Part shown: positions 39,423 through 48,548 of the stretch, piece by piece | Position numbering within the stretch: the first letter of the stretch is position 1 | How the letters are laid out: each line of letters begins with the position of its first letter | Origin: Candidatus Poseidoniales archaeon | GTDB lineage: Archaea; Thermoplasmatota; Poseidoniia; Poseidoniales; Poseidoniaceae | Direction of reading: 5' to 3' | Length of the DNA stretch: 63,291 nt | NCBI GenBank assembly: GCA_012959275.1 | Contig: DUDM01000055.1 | Location: 1-63,291 of the forward strand | Position numbers and translations under genes: made by a program | Notes under the pieces: model-generated | What the model saw: the letters and a program-made list of their open reading frames with translations, nothing else | Databases searched by the model: none | Told to the model about the DNA's origin: nothing

Positions 39423-40727
39423 TCAAGATTTTGAATGAATCTTGATGACATCACCATCTGATAATTCATGATCAGCGCCGATGACTCTCTTTGATTTACC
39501 ATCGATTGCCTTGATGAAACCATCACCAAGGTCGCTATGGACTGAATAAGCCAATTGCTTAGAAGTTGAATCACCAGGGATGACTAATGCATCGGGGAGA
39601 ATCTTACCTTCGCCATCACACCAATGAGTTTCATCTTGAACCGGATAGGCTACTATATGACCCAACGATTCATAGAGAACTTTGGAAATTAAGGTTGCAA
39701 CCCCTGTACCACCAAAACTCTTCATCGTATCTTTCATTGCTTCCAATGCAGTTACTTGTGCTGCTTTCAAGCGTTGTTTGCCGAGTTCAGTTATTTCAAA
39801 GTCAGTATCACCAGCGCCATAATCGATGAATTTCATTGCTCCTGCTCTTCTCAAACCTAATTCAGCATCAGCCATAGTTGGCAGCAGAATTGCTCCCTGC
39901 TTACTCATCTCTTCTTGTAATTCCTTCCAAGTTTCCCCTGGTGCAATTTCAGCCTTGTTGGCAGCGATATGAATTGGAAAGATGGCTTTGCGGAGGTGAC
40001 TTGCTAATATTTTCTTGAAACCAATACCCCAATCCCAAGGCTGTCCGGCTTCAGGTTCTGCTGATGTGAATGATTCTAATGCAATTTTTATTTGAGTAGT
40101 GTTAGCTCCTAAACCGCTTAATTTCTCGTGAAGATGGTCAACTAATCCCTTCTCACCTTCTGCTTGAACTCGTCTTGCACCTCGAACCCAACCATCCTCG
40201 ATTATTCCATGAATCCAAGCAGTTATTTCCTCTGCTAAGAAATCGCGTTCTTGTTTTATCGAGGCGATGCACTCCTCTTCTGAGTCGCTGACTCCGATTG
40301 GATTTCCTTCGATATCAGTTGTTCCTGCTGCATCAACCACTTGAATCAAAGCATCACATCTTGCCAAGTCGGAAAGGAAGGCATTACCTCTACCCTTTCC
40401 AGCATGAGCGCCTGGAACGAGACCTGCAACATCTACTAAGAAAACAGGAACTAAGCGCTTGTGAGCAATACATGAGCCGGTTCGAGGTTCACAAAGGCTA
40501 CCCGCTCTTGGATCGTCATCACTAACTGGCTCCAATCTACCGTCTTCTTCCTTTATTTGCCTCAATTCTGCACAAGGGCAGGCAAGAGGTGCGGGCAAGA
40601 ATGCTACCCCCACATTAGGGTCAATGGTACAAAATGGATAATTTGCAATATTAACCTTTGATTGAGTTGCTGCTGAGAAAAATGTAGACTTACCAACGTT
40701 TGGCTTGCCGACCAAACCGATTCTCAT
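39423..40727 (-). CDS. ychF: Archaeal YchF/Ola1-family NTPase with TGS domain
   Basis: GLVGKPNVGKST, NYPFCTIDPN, Cys-rich archaeal insert, DVAGLV, ANKAE, TGS (LAYSVHSDL...ADHELSDGDVIKI); ATG 40727. Confidence 0.95.
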   Translation of the reverse strand: MRIGLVGKPNVGKSTFFSAATQSKVNIANYPFCTIDPNVGVAFLPAPLACPCAELRQIKEEDGRLEPVSDDDPRAGSLCEPRTGSCIAHKRLVPVFLVDVAGLVPGAHAGKGRGNAFLSDLARCDALIQVVDAAGTTDIEGNPIGVSDSEEECIASIKQERDFLAEEITAWIHGIIEDGWVRGARRVQAEGEKGLVDHLHEKLSGLGANTTQIKIALESFTSAEPEAGQPWDWGIGFKKILASHLRKAIFPIHIAANKAEIAPGETWKELQEEMSKQGAILLPTMADAELGLRRAGAMKFIDYGAGDTDFEITELGKQRLKAAQVTALEAMKDTMKSFGGTGVATLISKVLYESLGHIVAYPVQDETHWCDGEGKILPDALVIPGDSTSKQLAYSVHSDLGDGFIKAIDGKSKRVIGADHELSDGDVIKIHSKS

Positions 40728-40731
40728 TCCA

Positions 40732-43023
40732 TCACTCACAAAGACGGGCGATAATATCGCTCTTGTTCCCCTTCGAAGAGATTCCCTTTTCCTCAGCAAG
40801 AACAACGAGTTCGGCCTTCTTCAGAGATGATAGGCTGGCTTCATCAAGTGAGGTATTTTCTGCAACCTCATCGGTTGAATCCTTGTCGTCATCTTCTTCA
40901 TCCTCATCGGTTGAATCCTTGCCGTCATCTTCAGCCGAAAGTGAATTCAAAATACGCATCATATGAATATCTAATTCTGGGATATTTATTTTCCCATCGC
41001 CATCAAGGTCCATCGAAGTTACTAATTTCTCAACATCCCAAGGCGGTAGGTCTACGATGTCAAGTGAAGCCAATCCTTCGCGGATTTCATAAGGAGTAAT
41101 AGTTCCATCTCTATCCAAATCCATCTTCATGAATAAATCAATCGTTGTAGTTCCACTACTCTTCAACCAGCGTGCCAAATCAATAAGTTCTGGTTGGAAG
41201 GCTGCCAATGCATCAACTGGTGCTGCCTTTACTGGCTCTGCTTTTGGCATGACCACGCCTTCATCTGTGTGGAGTGCTGCAGATACTCCAACCTCTGTGC
41301 TGTCTTCTTCTTCATCTTCTTCAGAAGCAGCGTTGATAATTATTAGCGTGTCAACACCAACTCCTTTGGAAACCAAATCTCGAATACTAGTGCTTCCAGG
41401 CTGCAATTCAAAACTATCCATTCCGCTGCTAACTGGAGCAGCATCTGCAACAACTTCATCAGAGAATAGAGTAGAAATGAGATTCACTGCGGCAACAAAT
41501 GTGCCCATAACTAGTGCATAAAATAAAGCTGCAGAAGTCAGATAATATCCACCTATGTGGCTGGAAACATCTTCAACTCCTGCATCAGTCATCGAAATAG
41601 ATACAAAGTCTGCCATCAGCATACTAATGGTTGAACCAAGGCCACCCGTAAGGAATAACCAAAATGCCCAGCGTGCCTTTGAACGGCTGGAAAGTCTGCG
41701 TCCAATTACTTCAGGGAAGAGTTTTCCCCAAACAGCCAGAGCCATCAATCCTCCAACTAGCCACAATAATCCGTGGTCAACAGTTGCTTGCACTCCACCC
41801 ATGTTATGGGCACCGTTGATTTCATCAAGAGATGAAAAGAATCCCATCAATGCAACAATTGGTAGAAGCAAAACTGCGCTCGCTGATGCGGCCCCTCCTG
41901 GGCTGGCAAGGACTTTCTCCCAACGGCCTTGCATTGTAGCAATCAAATTGCTCGAACTTGCAAGAAGCGGAACCAATCCCAAGACCACCAATACTGCTGC
42001 TACTGATAGGAAGGTGTCATCGGCTAATGCGACATCTGACATCATCAGAACTGGCACACTGATGAATAAAGTTGTGAATGAAACCACTGATAGAGAGCGA
42101 CTCCAAATCGGTGAGCCGCTGATACTGGGGATGACATGGTAGGCTACTGCCAACATCATTGCTAATGGGAACCAGCCTGTAACTATTCTATCAGCCATCC
42201 AAACAACTGAACTTGCGTCTCCGGAAATTAATTGTTGATATGAACTAATGTCTCCAATTAGGGATGCTTGAATGGCATTTCCAAAAAGGGCCAAAAACGA
42301 ACCACGAATGATAAAAGCCCAAATTACCGATGTAAATGCAAGGAGGATGAACCAAGTTGATGCTGAAAGAGAAGTGCTTGGGGTTCTTTCACCTAATGCC
42401 AATAATAGATTGAGGAGTAAAGCCCCGAGAATCATTGCCATCGCCATTTGAATTGCTGCGGGGAAGAATAGAAGTTGTAAATCAGTTCGGTCGCCCAATA
42501 ATTCAAACTTTAGTAGCAATGGAAGAATGATGAGACTGAAGAACAAAATGCCGCTCCATGCAAATGCCATCAGTGAAGCATTTGCCTCACTTGCCAACTT
42601 GCCTCCGTTAGCGCGAGGCAGAATATGAAGAGAAGAACCGATGAAAGTCATGAAAAGGAAACCGAAGATTAGGCTTGTTTCGCTGAATCCTGACATAACA
42701 TCAGCATTGTATTTCCAACCAATACTTGAGAAGGAATCTAGTGCTTGTGCATCGTACTTCAACCAAATGTTGAGGAAGCCAATGGTTGCTGCAACAGTTG
42801 CCCAAAGTGCCCCGTGAATTATCCAAGTCCTTGAGCCTGAACCCTCTTTCTTGGAGAAGAAATCGATAACTCCGGCTGGCGCCTTGTCCAACATGAAGAC
42901 AGTGAGATGGCGCATTGTTTTGCGCATTTCACCCATGCCATTGACTGCTTTATGGGATAGAACAATCATCGCAACGTAAAGAATAGCAAGTGAAAAGAAA
43001 ATTATCGCAGACATCATGACCAC
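40732..43023 (-). CDS. CcoN (heme-copper oxidase subunit I)-fold membrane protein lacking most metal ligands, fused to two EF-hands and a SAP/Rho-N-like domain
   Basis: About 12 TM helices aligning by eye with CcoN (e.g. AYHVIPSISGSPIWSRSLS vs MYYFVPKQAERPVYSYRLS; NLIATMQGRWEKV vs NGMMTLSGAWHKL); DLDRDGTITPYE and DLDGDGKINIPE EF loops; LKKAELVVLAEEKGISSKGNKSDIIARL tail. Confidence 0.75.
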   Translation of the reverse strand: MVMMSAIIFFSLAILYVAMIVLSHKAVNGMGEMRKTMRHLTVFMLDKAPAGVIDFFSKKEGSGSRTWIIHGALWATVAATIGFLNIWLKYDAQALDSFSSIGWKYNADVMSGFSETSLIFGFLFMTFIGSSLHILPRANGGKLASEANASLMAFAWSGILFFSLIILPLLLKFELLGDRTDLQLLFFPAAIQMAMAMILGALLLNLLLALGERTPSTSLSASTWFILLAFTSVIWAFIIRGSFLALFGNAIQASLIGDISSYQQLISGDASSVVWMADRIVTGWFPLAMMLAVAYHVIPSISGSPIWSRSLSVVSFTTLFISVPVLMMSDVALADDTFLSVAAVLVVLGLVPLLASSSNLIATMQGRWEKVLASPGGAASASAVLLLPIVALMGFFSSLDEINGAHNMGGVQATVDHGLLWLVGGLMALAVWGKLFPEVIGRRLSSRSKARWAFWLFLTGGLGSTISMLMADFVSISMTDAGVEDVSSHIGGYYLTSAALFYALVMGTFVAAVNLISTLFSDEVVADAAPVSSGMDSFELQPGSTSIRDLVSKGVGVDTLIIINAASEEDEEEDSTEVGVSAALHTDEGVVMPKAEPVKAAPVDALAAFQPELIDLARWLKSSGTTTIDLFMKMDLDRDGTITPYEIREGLASLDIVDLPPWDVEKLVTSMDLDGDGKINIPELDIHMMRILNSLSAEDDGKDSTDEDEEDDDKDSTDEVAENTSLDEASLSSLKKAELVVLAEEKGISSKGNKSDIIARLCE
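40867..40932. repeat. In-frame 36-bp tandem duplication encoding an acidic linker (KDSTDE units)
   Basis: CTCATCGGTTGAATCCTTGYCGTCATCTTC at 40867 and 40903. Confidence 0.9.
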
Positions 43024-43024
43024 C

Positions 43025-43297
43025 TCATTCTCCGAATACCTCGGCCAGTAAATTCATAACAATAAAAGCAAATCCGAGAAGTATTCCAACCAAGTAATAC
43101 CAAATACCACTTGAACCAAGTGCATCGAATAAGGGTACGATTTCAGAAAGAATTGGGAAACCATCCCAACCGAAAATAACAGAGAACATTCCTACTAAGC
43201 CGAGCACCCCTAATCCAACTATCGCCAAGACGATTCTACTGGCTTCAGGCTCGGCCATACCTTGGCTCACTTCTGGGAGGGATTCTACATCGCTCAT
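43025..43297 (-). CDS. Small hypothetical 2-TM membrane protein
   Basis: ATG 43297; two hydrophobic helices; stop adjoins the SD/start of the CcoN-like gene. Confidence 0.7.
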   Translation of the reverse strand: MSDVESLPEVSQGMAEPEASRIVLAIVGLGVLGLVGMFSVIFGWDGFPILSEIVPLFDALGSSGIWYYLVGILLGFAFIVMNLLAEVFGE

Positions 43298-43308
43298 CCT
43301 ATCACACT

Positions 43309-43327
43309 CTGACCCCATAGGGGTCAG
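43309..43327. promoter_or_regulatory. Perfect 8-bp inverted repeat CTGACCCC-ATA-GGGGTCAG upstream of the small-TM/CcoN-like/ychF unit
   Basis: Seen directly, 11 nt upstream of ATG 43297. Confidence 0.5.
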
Positions 43328-43398
43328 TCCGTCCACCTGCGGTGTGATGATAAACATTGACGTTAGCAAGCCACCAAATATGCCCTTGGAATGACTCT

Positions 43399-44565
43399 TC
43401 AGGGGGAGCGGAGATGTTCAAGAATTGGCCCTCTTCGAGGAATTCCAACGCCTAAGATAACTGGGGTTGAAGTATCTAAATGGATTTCGTTTAGCCATAC
43501 TTTCCGGCAAGCACAATCCAAGCCATCAAACTCTCGAAGATCACCGCTAACCGAATAGCGTTCGATTGCAGCCCCAACATGCTTGTCACATTTACCACAG
43601 TTGTGAGAACCTCGAACACGGCCGGCTGCTGTTGGATGAATTATGAGTCTGCAAATTTGGTCTTCAGCGCCAGCAAGGCCACCCTTTGGATGAATAATAG
43701 GATGAGTTCTTTGAATTAATTCAACCAAAGACCAAAGCCATGGTGGGCGGTATTCTCGAGCCCGGAATAATCTGTCAATAATGGTGCCTCTTTGGATATT
43801 CATTGGATTAACAGAGATTTCATCACTTGCTTCAGCAGCAGCAATAATCCATTTTGTACATTGTTCCAGTGCATCCCCTTCATTCATGAATGGGGGTTTG
43901 AACATCAAATATGTCTTTACTCTCTGACCAACTTTGCGAATGTTTTCAACCGCCCTAACCCATGATTTTAGGCTGAATCCTTTGTTTATATGGAATCTTA
44001 ACACTTCATCATCATGCGCTTCAAGTCCAATTGCAACAGTGAAATCAGGATTGATATTTGAAGCCCATTGTAACTTTTCCATGGTGCACTGTTCGGTGCG
44101 ACTTTCAATAATTAGATGCTTGCCCATCTCTGCACATTCTCTTAACACGGTTTCTTGAAAGTCAACTGGGATTTCTCTATCCTCCAATAGTGAGCCCGAG
44201 GTGTAGACTTTGACCATACCCATGCCCTCAAAATTAGATAATTTTCTCTTTGAATATTCCCATTGAGCATGCAAATCCTTGCTCTCGACATCATCTCTTG
44301 TATCATTGAAGTAACCACAGAAAGTACAACCGCTGCTCCACCACCAATGGCAACCTTTAGTTCGTAGGATTACTGTTGCTGCTGTTGTTTGCTCCCCATC
44401 TGGCATCACCTCTGGAGTGTAGTAAACGGTTGCTGGCTCACTTGCATCCCAAGAGTGCTTCTTCTCTTGTGCCCAAGCGGTATTCTCAGGCGCTTTAACA
44501 AGGTCATGGAGGCGCTCAGCCGGCTTGTTATCACCGATTAAGTTGAGTCTGATTGGTGATGTCAT
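43399..44565 (-). CDS. Archaeosine biosynthesis radical SAM protein RaSEA
   Basis: TVILRTKGCHWWWSSGCTFCGY, VKVYTSGS, AIGLE, HINKG, KPPF, NPMNIQRGT, YRPPWLWS, GSHNCGKC. Confidence 0.92.
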   Translation of the reverse strand: MTSPIRLNLIGDNKPAERLHDLVKAPENTAWAQEKKHSWDASEPATVYYTPEVMPDGEQTTAATVILRTKGCHWWWSSGCTFCGYFNDTRDDVESKDLHAQWEYSKRKLSNFEGMGMVKVYTSGSLLEDREIPVDFQETVLRECAEMGKHLIIESRTEQCTMEKLQWASNINPDFTVAIGLEAHDDEVLRFHINKGFSLKSWVRAVENIRKVGQRVKTYLMFKPPFMNEGDALEQCTKWIIAAAEASDEISVNPMNIQRGTIIDRLFRAREYRPPWLWSLVELIQRTHPIIHPKGGLAGAEDQICRLIIHPTAAGRVRGSHNCGKCDKHVGAAIERYSVSGDLREFDGLDCACRKVWLNEIHLDTSTPVILGVGIPRRGPILEHLRSP

Positions 44566-45416
44566 TCTGACTCCTCAATTAACGCTTTGAATAAAATCGT
44601 CGAACCAGCAGAGACAAATTGTCCTTTTGGATAATCTGGATTATTTGACTCAGCACCGATGACTACTGGCTTGAAGATATTTGCAGGCGCTCTCAAGTCA
44701 ACTCGGCTTCCTACTCTAATCATGCCATACCTCTCTCCTCTTCGTAAGATGGTGCCAACTCCTGTCCAAGGAACAATTGTTCTTGCTACAGCACCTGAAA
44801 TTTGAGTCATTTCAACTCGTATTCCTGATTCAGTTTCTAAAACAGTTCGGACCCTTTCATTAAATTCGCTTTCTTTTTTGAAAGCAGGGAGAAATGGACC
44901 TCTCCTCTTTGCCTTACCAGTACGATGTTCCATGGCAACAATTGTTCCGGCTTCACAGGCTCGGTTAACATGAACATCTAATGGGGACATAAAAACTGCA
45001 ACCCTCCAGCAATCATCATCAGCTTCTTCACCCGCTTCAACAGGTTCCCAACGTTGTTCTGTTTGAAATGATAATGTTTCTTCACAAGCCTCTGGATGCC
45101 AATCTCCAGTCAGTGAATGATTCTCACAATTGGATTGCTCCTCTTTTGATGGACGGCGGCCGGTGGCTCTTTCACGAACTGCGAACATAACATGTCCATC
45201 TGCTGGAGATACTAATATTCCTGCATCTTTTGGGATTACTCTATCTGGGTCTCGAAAGAAATTAGCCAAAAATGCGCTTAACATCAAGCAGATAATTCCT
45301 GCAACAGTTACTAAATGCATAACTGGATTGATGAATACAGCAACCATAAGGGTTGAAATTCCCATAATTGCTGTTAGGAATACCGGTGTTTTACCACCAC
45401 GGGCGAAGAAGGCGAT
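44562..45416 (-). CDS. psd: Phosphatidylserine/archaetidylserine decarboxylase proenzyme
   Basis: FFRDPDR, VSPADG, VFMSPLDVHVNRA, QISGAVART, GERYGMIRVGSRVD (GS cleavage site); start probably ATC 45416 (first ATG is 45365). Confidence 0.92.
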   Translation of the reverse strand: MAFFARGGKTPVFLTAIMGISTLMVAVFINPVMHLVTVAGIICLMLSAFLANFFRDPDRVIPKDAGILVSPADGHVMFAVRERATGRRPSKEEQSNCENHSLTGDWHPEACEETLSFQTEQRWEPVEAGEEADDDCWRVAVFMSPLDVHVNRACEAGTIVAMEHRTGKAKRRGPFLPAFKKESEFNERVRTVLETESGIRVEMTQISGAVARTIVPWTGVGTILRRGERYGMIRVGSRVDLRAPANIFKPVVIGAESNNPDYPKGQFVSAGSTILFKALIEESE

Positions 45417-45425
45417 AAGACCACC

Positions 45426-46298
45426 TCACTTCTCTTCGTGTTCCTTCCATGGGTCGACATCGTCTCCCCATGAAGCGGCTTCCTTGACTTCTCTTGGCTC
45501 GGCAGGTTCTTCTTCCTCTTCTGGGGATTCTTCTTCTGCTTCTTCTGGACTTTCTTCTGCTTCTTCCTCAGCAGTTTCCTCTTCAGAAGATTCTTCTTCC
45601 TCGTTTGATTCTTCAGATTCTACCTCTTCGGCAGTTTCCTCTTCGGGTGTTTCCTCTTCAGAGGGCTCTTCTGCTGCTTCGGCAGATGAAAACGCTTCAG
45701 CCTCATCAATTGTCATTTCGGCGGCTCTTGATTCGATTAATTCTTCCATTCGGTCGGTGATTGCTCTTTGCATGTGCTGACTTTGTCTCTCAGCCTCGAC
45801 TGAGCGCTCAATCATTTCATATCGGATCTTGATTGCCTTATTCAAATCCTCAAATAATCCCATGTGGTCAACATACCAATCATCTCGAGACTTCATTTCC
45901 ACGACTGCTAATCGCAAGTCATTATCCAATTCTTCTGCGATTCCGAAGACTTTGCCGAGTCTATCCTTTTCACGGCTGTATTTCTCTTCCATCGTCTGTA
46001 ATTCAGGCTCCAAGAAATCTACTTGCTTTGAGGACTTGGTGGCTCTCAATTCTAGGTCTCTGATGCGGTTATCCTTTTCTGAAAGTAAAGTTTCAAAACT
46101 CTCTTTCTCGATTTCACGCTCTACAATTTCCTTCTCAAGAACTTCGATTTCGGCCTTTAGATTGACCATCTCTTTCTCTTGAAGTTCATATGCATCATAC
46201 AACTTCAAAAGGCGCTCAGTTTCTTCACCAAGGCGGTCTTCTAAATCAGTAACTTTCACCACTGGGGTCTTCACACTATCTTCGTCATCACCCGACAT
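45426..46298 (-). CDS. Hypothetical coiled-coil protein with acidic C-terminal tail
   Basis: Long heptad E/K/L-rich region then E/A/S/P-rich tail; ATG 46298. Confidence 0.75.
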   Translation of the reverse strand: MSGDDEDSVKTPVVKVTDLEDRLGEETERLLKLYDAYELQEKEMVNLKAEIEVLEKEIVEREIEKESFETLLSEKDNRIRDLELRATKSSKQVDFLEPELQTMEEKYSREKDRLGKVFGIAEELDNDLRLAVVEMKSRDDWYVDHMGLFEDLNKAIKIRYEMIERSVEAERQSQHMQRAITDRMEELIESRAAEMTIDEAEAFSSAEAAEEPSEEETPEEETAEEVESEESNEEEESSEEETAEEEAEESPEEAEEESPEEEEEPAEPREVKEAASWGDDVDPWKEHEEK

Positions 46299-46423
46299 AG
46301 TCAACACCGGAGGCCAAGCCTCCAACTGACCCCACTCACCTCGGGATTATCAAGCCGACGCATTCAATTTTAGGAAACTAGGGCTTATGGGTGCTAAGTA
46401 TACTTCCTTAAAAGCCTTCAAAA

Positions 46424-47854
46424 TTAAGCCATATAATGTCTTGCATGCGATGCAATAACCTCAGCAACAGAGGCTGTTACTGCTTTTCCGCAGGGGATAT
46501 GGGTAAACTCATTTGGCCCATGTGCATTTGATTCGGGTCCAAGCAATCCCGTAATCATAAATTCTGCATCAGGATACTTCTCCTGAAGCATAGGCATGAA
46601 TGGAATTGTTCCACCTTCACCCATATATTGAAGAGGGCCACCAAAATAGGAATTGCTGGCAGTTTCAAGTGAGGATTCTAGCCATTCGGCTAATGGTTTT
46701 GCATGAAACCCATCGGCTGGCATCTCGATAGAAAATTTGACCTCTGCGCCGTGTGGGGGGTTAGCTTCTAGAACGGACTTCATCGCTTCTGCCGCAATTT
46801 GAGAATCAACTCCTGCAGGTATTCGACAAGATAATTTCAGAGTTGTGTGTGTTCGTAGAACATTTCCCGCAATTGCCATTTCCGGAATTCCCTCTACTCC
46901 AGTGATTTCCAAGGAGGGTCTCCAAGTCCGATTTAAAATCAATTCAACAAGGTTTGAAGTTGGAGGCTTTGCCCCTTCTAAAAAAGGAAATTTACTCCAA
47001 ACTCCTTCTCCTAATACATCTGCTGTAGATATTGCTTGGTCGACCCTTTGAGTCGGTATCTCAACATGAAATTCAGGAAGCAATATTTCCCCCGTTGAAC
47101 TATCTTCAATGCGGTCTAAAATAGCCCTTGCAATTCTAAAGGTGGAAGGGATAATTCCGCCTGCATCTCCTGAATGGACCCCTGAATTGCTGATTGCTAC
47201 CTTCAGGTTTCCAATGACTAGGCCCCTTAGTGAAGTCGTCAACCAGAGGTGTTTCCAATCTCCAGCCCCAGAATCCAAACAAATAACCAATGTTGGTGTG
47301 CCAATAGTTTCTTCCAATTCATCAAGATAAGCGGGTAAGTCAGGTGAGCCTGATTCTTCACTTGCTTCGACAATGAGATGTAATGCAGCATGTGGAATGC
47401 CTTGTTCCTGTATTGCTCTGATTGCGGTTAAACTTGCATATGCGCCGTAGCCATCATCAGCACCGCCTCTTCCGTAAAGACGGTCTCCTCTGCGAACTGG
47501 CTCCCAAGGGCCAAGTCCCTCATGCCAACCAACGAATTCAGGTTGTTTGTCAGCGTGCTGGTATAGTAATACAACTTCATCAGTTTGGCCTGGAACAAAC
47601 ATATGAATCAATGGAGTTCTGCCTTCAAGCCTAAGTATTTGTAATTGCAATCCCTCAATAGGTTGTTCTCTACACCAATCAGCAATATGGTTAATCGCTT
47701 CATCAATGAAACCATTTTCAGCCCAATTTGAATCGAAAGAAGGAGATAATGCAGGAATGCGGATGTATTCTTCTAGGCTTGGAATGATGTTACCTTCCCA
47801 TTGATTTTCACATAGTGTTTGCAGCCTTGATGTGTCGATATTGGTGGTTTGCAT
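46424..47854 (-). CDS. M20 family metallopeptidase (dipeptidase-like)
   Basis: YQHADKQP, LYGRGGADDG, EASEESGS, CLDSG, SLRG, VHSG, NAHGPNE; ATG 47854. Confidence 0.93.
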   Translation of the reverse strand: MQTTNIDTSRLQTLCENQWEGNIIPSLEEYIRIPALSPSFDSNWAENGFIDEAINHIADWCREQPIEGLQLQILRLEGRTPLIHMFVPGQTDEVVLLYQHADKQPEFVGWHEGLGPWEPVRRGDRLYGRGGADDGYGAYASLTAIRAIQEQGIPHAALHLIVEASEESGSPDLPAYLDELEETIGTPTLVICLDSGAGDWKHLWLTTSLRGLVIGNLKVAISNSGVHSGDAGGIIPSTFRIARAILDRIEDSSTGEILLPEFHVEIPTQRVDQAISTADVLGEGVWSKFPFLEGAKPPTSNLVELILNRTWRPSLEITGVEGIPEMAIAGNVLRTHTTLKLSCRIPAGVDSQIAAEAMKSVLEANPPHGAEVKFSIEMPADGFHAKPLAEWLESSLETASNSYFGGPLQYMGEGGTIPFMPMLQEKYPDAEFMITGLLGPESNAHGPNEFTHIPCGKAVTASVAEVIASHARHYMA

Positions 47855-47906
47855 GTGGGGACCCAAATGGCGGAAGTTGAAAGGCAATTCGCAACTCGGA
47901 CCTGCC

Positions 47907-48548
47907 ATGCATGAAGAGGACACAACGACTTGGAGGAGTGCTGCCGAAGTGTTTCACCAATGGGCAATTGATGGTAAAGATGCAGGTATGGAGAAAGGGC
48001 ATGGCCCAGCAGTCGAAGAAATGTTAGTAAGTTCATTGATGCAAGTTGCAGAATTGGGCAAGGAATTCAGGGCTTTGGATATCGGTTGTGGAAATGGCTG
48101 GGTAACTAGGAAATTGGCTGCTCATCCTCACTGCATCCAAGCGATTGGAATCGATGCTGCTGAAGCAATGATCGACAAAGCAAAACAAATTGATGAGGCT
48201 GGAGAATACTATCACTGCGATTTAATGCAATGGCAACCGGAAGGAGAATTTGACCTCATCCACAGTATGGAAACAATGTACTATCTCAAGGACCCAGGAC
48301 AAGCCATCAAGCGAATTGCATCTTGGTTGAATGAGGGTGGCTTATTCGTTATGGGAGTTGACCATTATAGAGAAAATGAAGAAAGTATTGCTTGGCCTCA
48401 AAAAGTCAAAACTCCGATGACCTTGCATAGTGAATCTGAATGGAAGGATTTGTTCACCAGTGCGGGCTTGGAAATCAGTAATCATTGGCGGGCTGCAGCC
48501 AAAGAAGGTTGGGCGGGAACGCTAGTCATTATCGGCCGCAAGGTCTGA
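47907..48548 (+). CDS. Class I SAM-dependent methyltransferase
   Basis: ALDIGCGNGW, GIDAAEAMI, FDLIHSMETMYY; ATG 47907. Confidence 0.9.
   Translation: MHEEDTTTWRSAAEVFHQWAIDGKDAGMEKGHGPAVEEMLVSSLMQVAELGKEFRALDIGCGNGWVTRKLAAHPHCIQAIGIDAAEAMIDKAKQIDEAGEYYHCDLMQWQPEGEFDLIHSMETMYYLKDPGQAIKRIASWLNEGGLFVMGVDHYRENEESIAWPQKVKTPMTLHSESEWKDLFTSAGLEISNHWRAAAKEGWAGTLVIIGRKV

Noticed and set aside
41555-42142. 195-aa + strand ORF
   Set aside because: Lies wholly antisense to the CcoN-like TM region; no motif or SD
45130-45780. 216-aa Ser-rich ORF on the + strand
   Set aside because: Antisense shadow of the Glu-rich coiled-coil tail and psd; poly-Ser is the expected reverse reading of GAA codons
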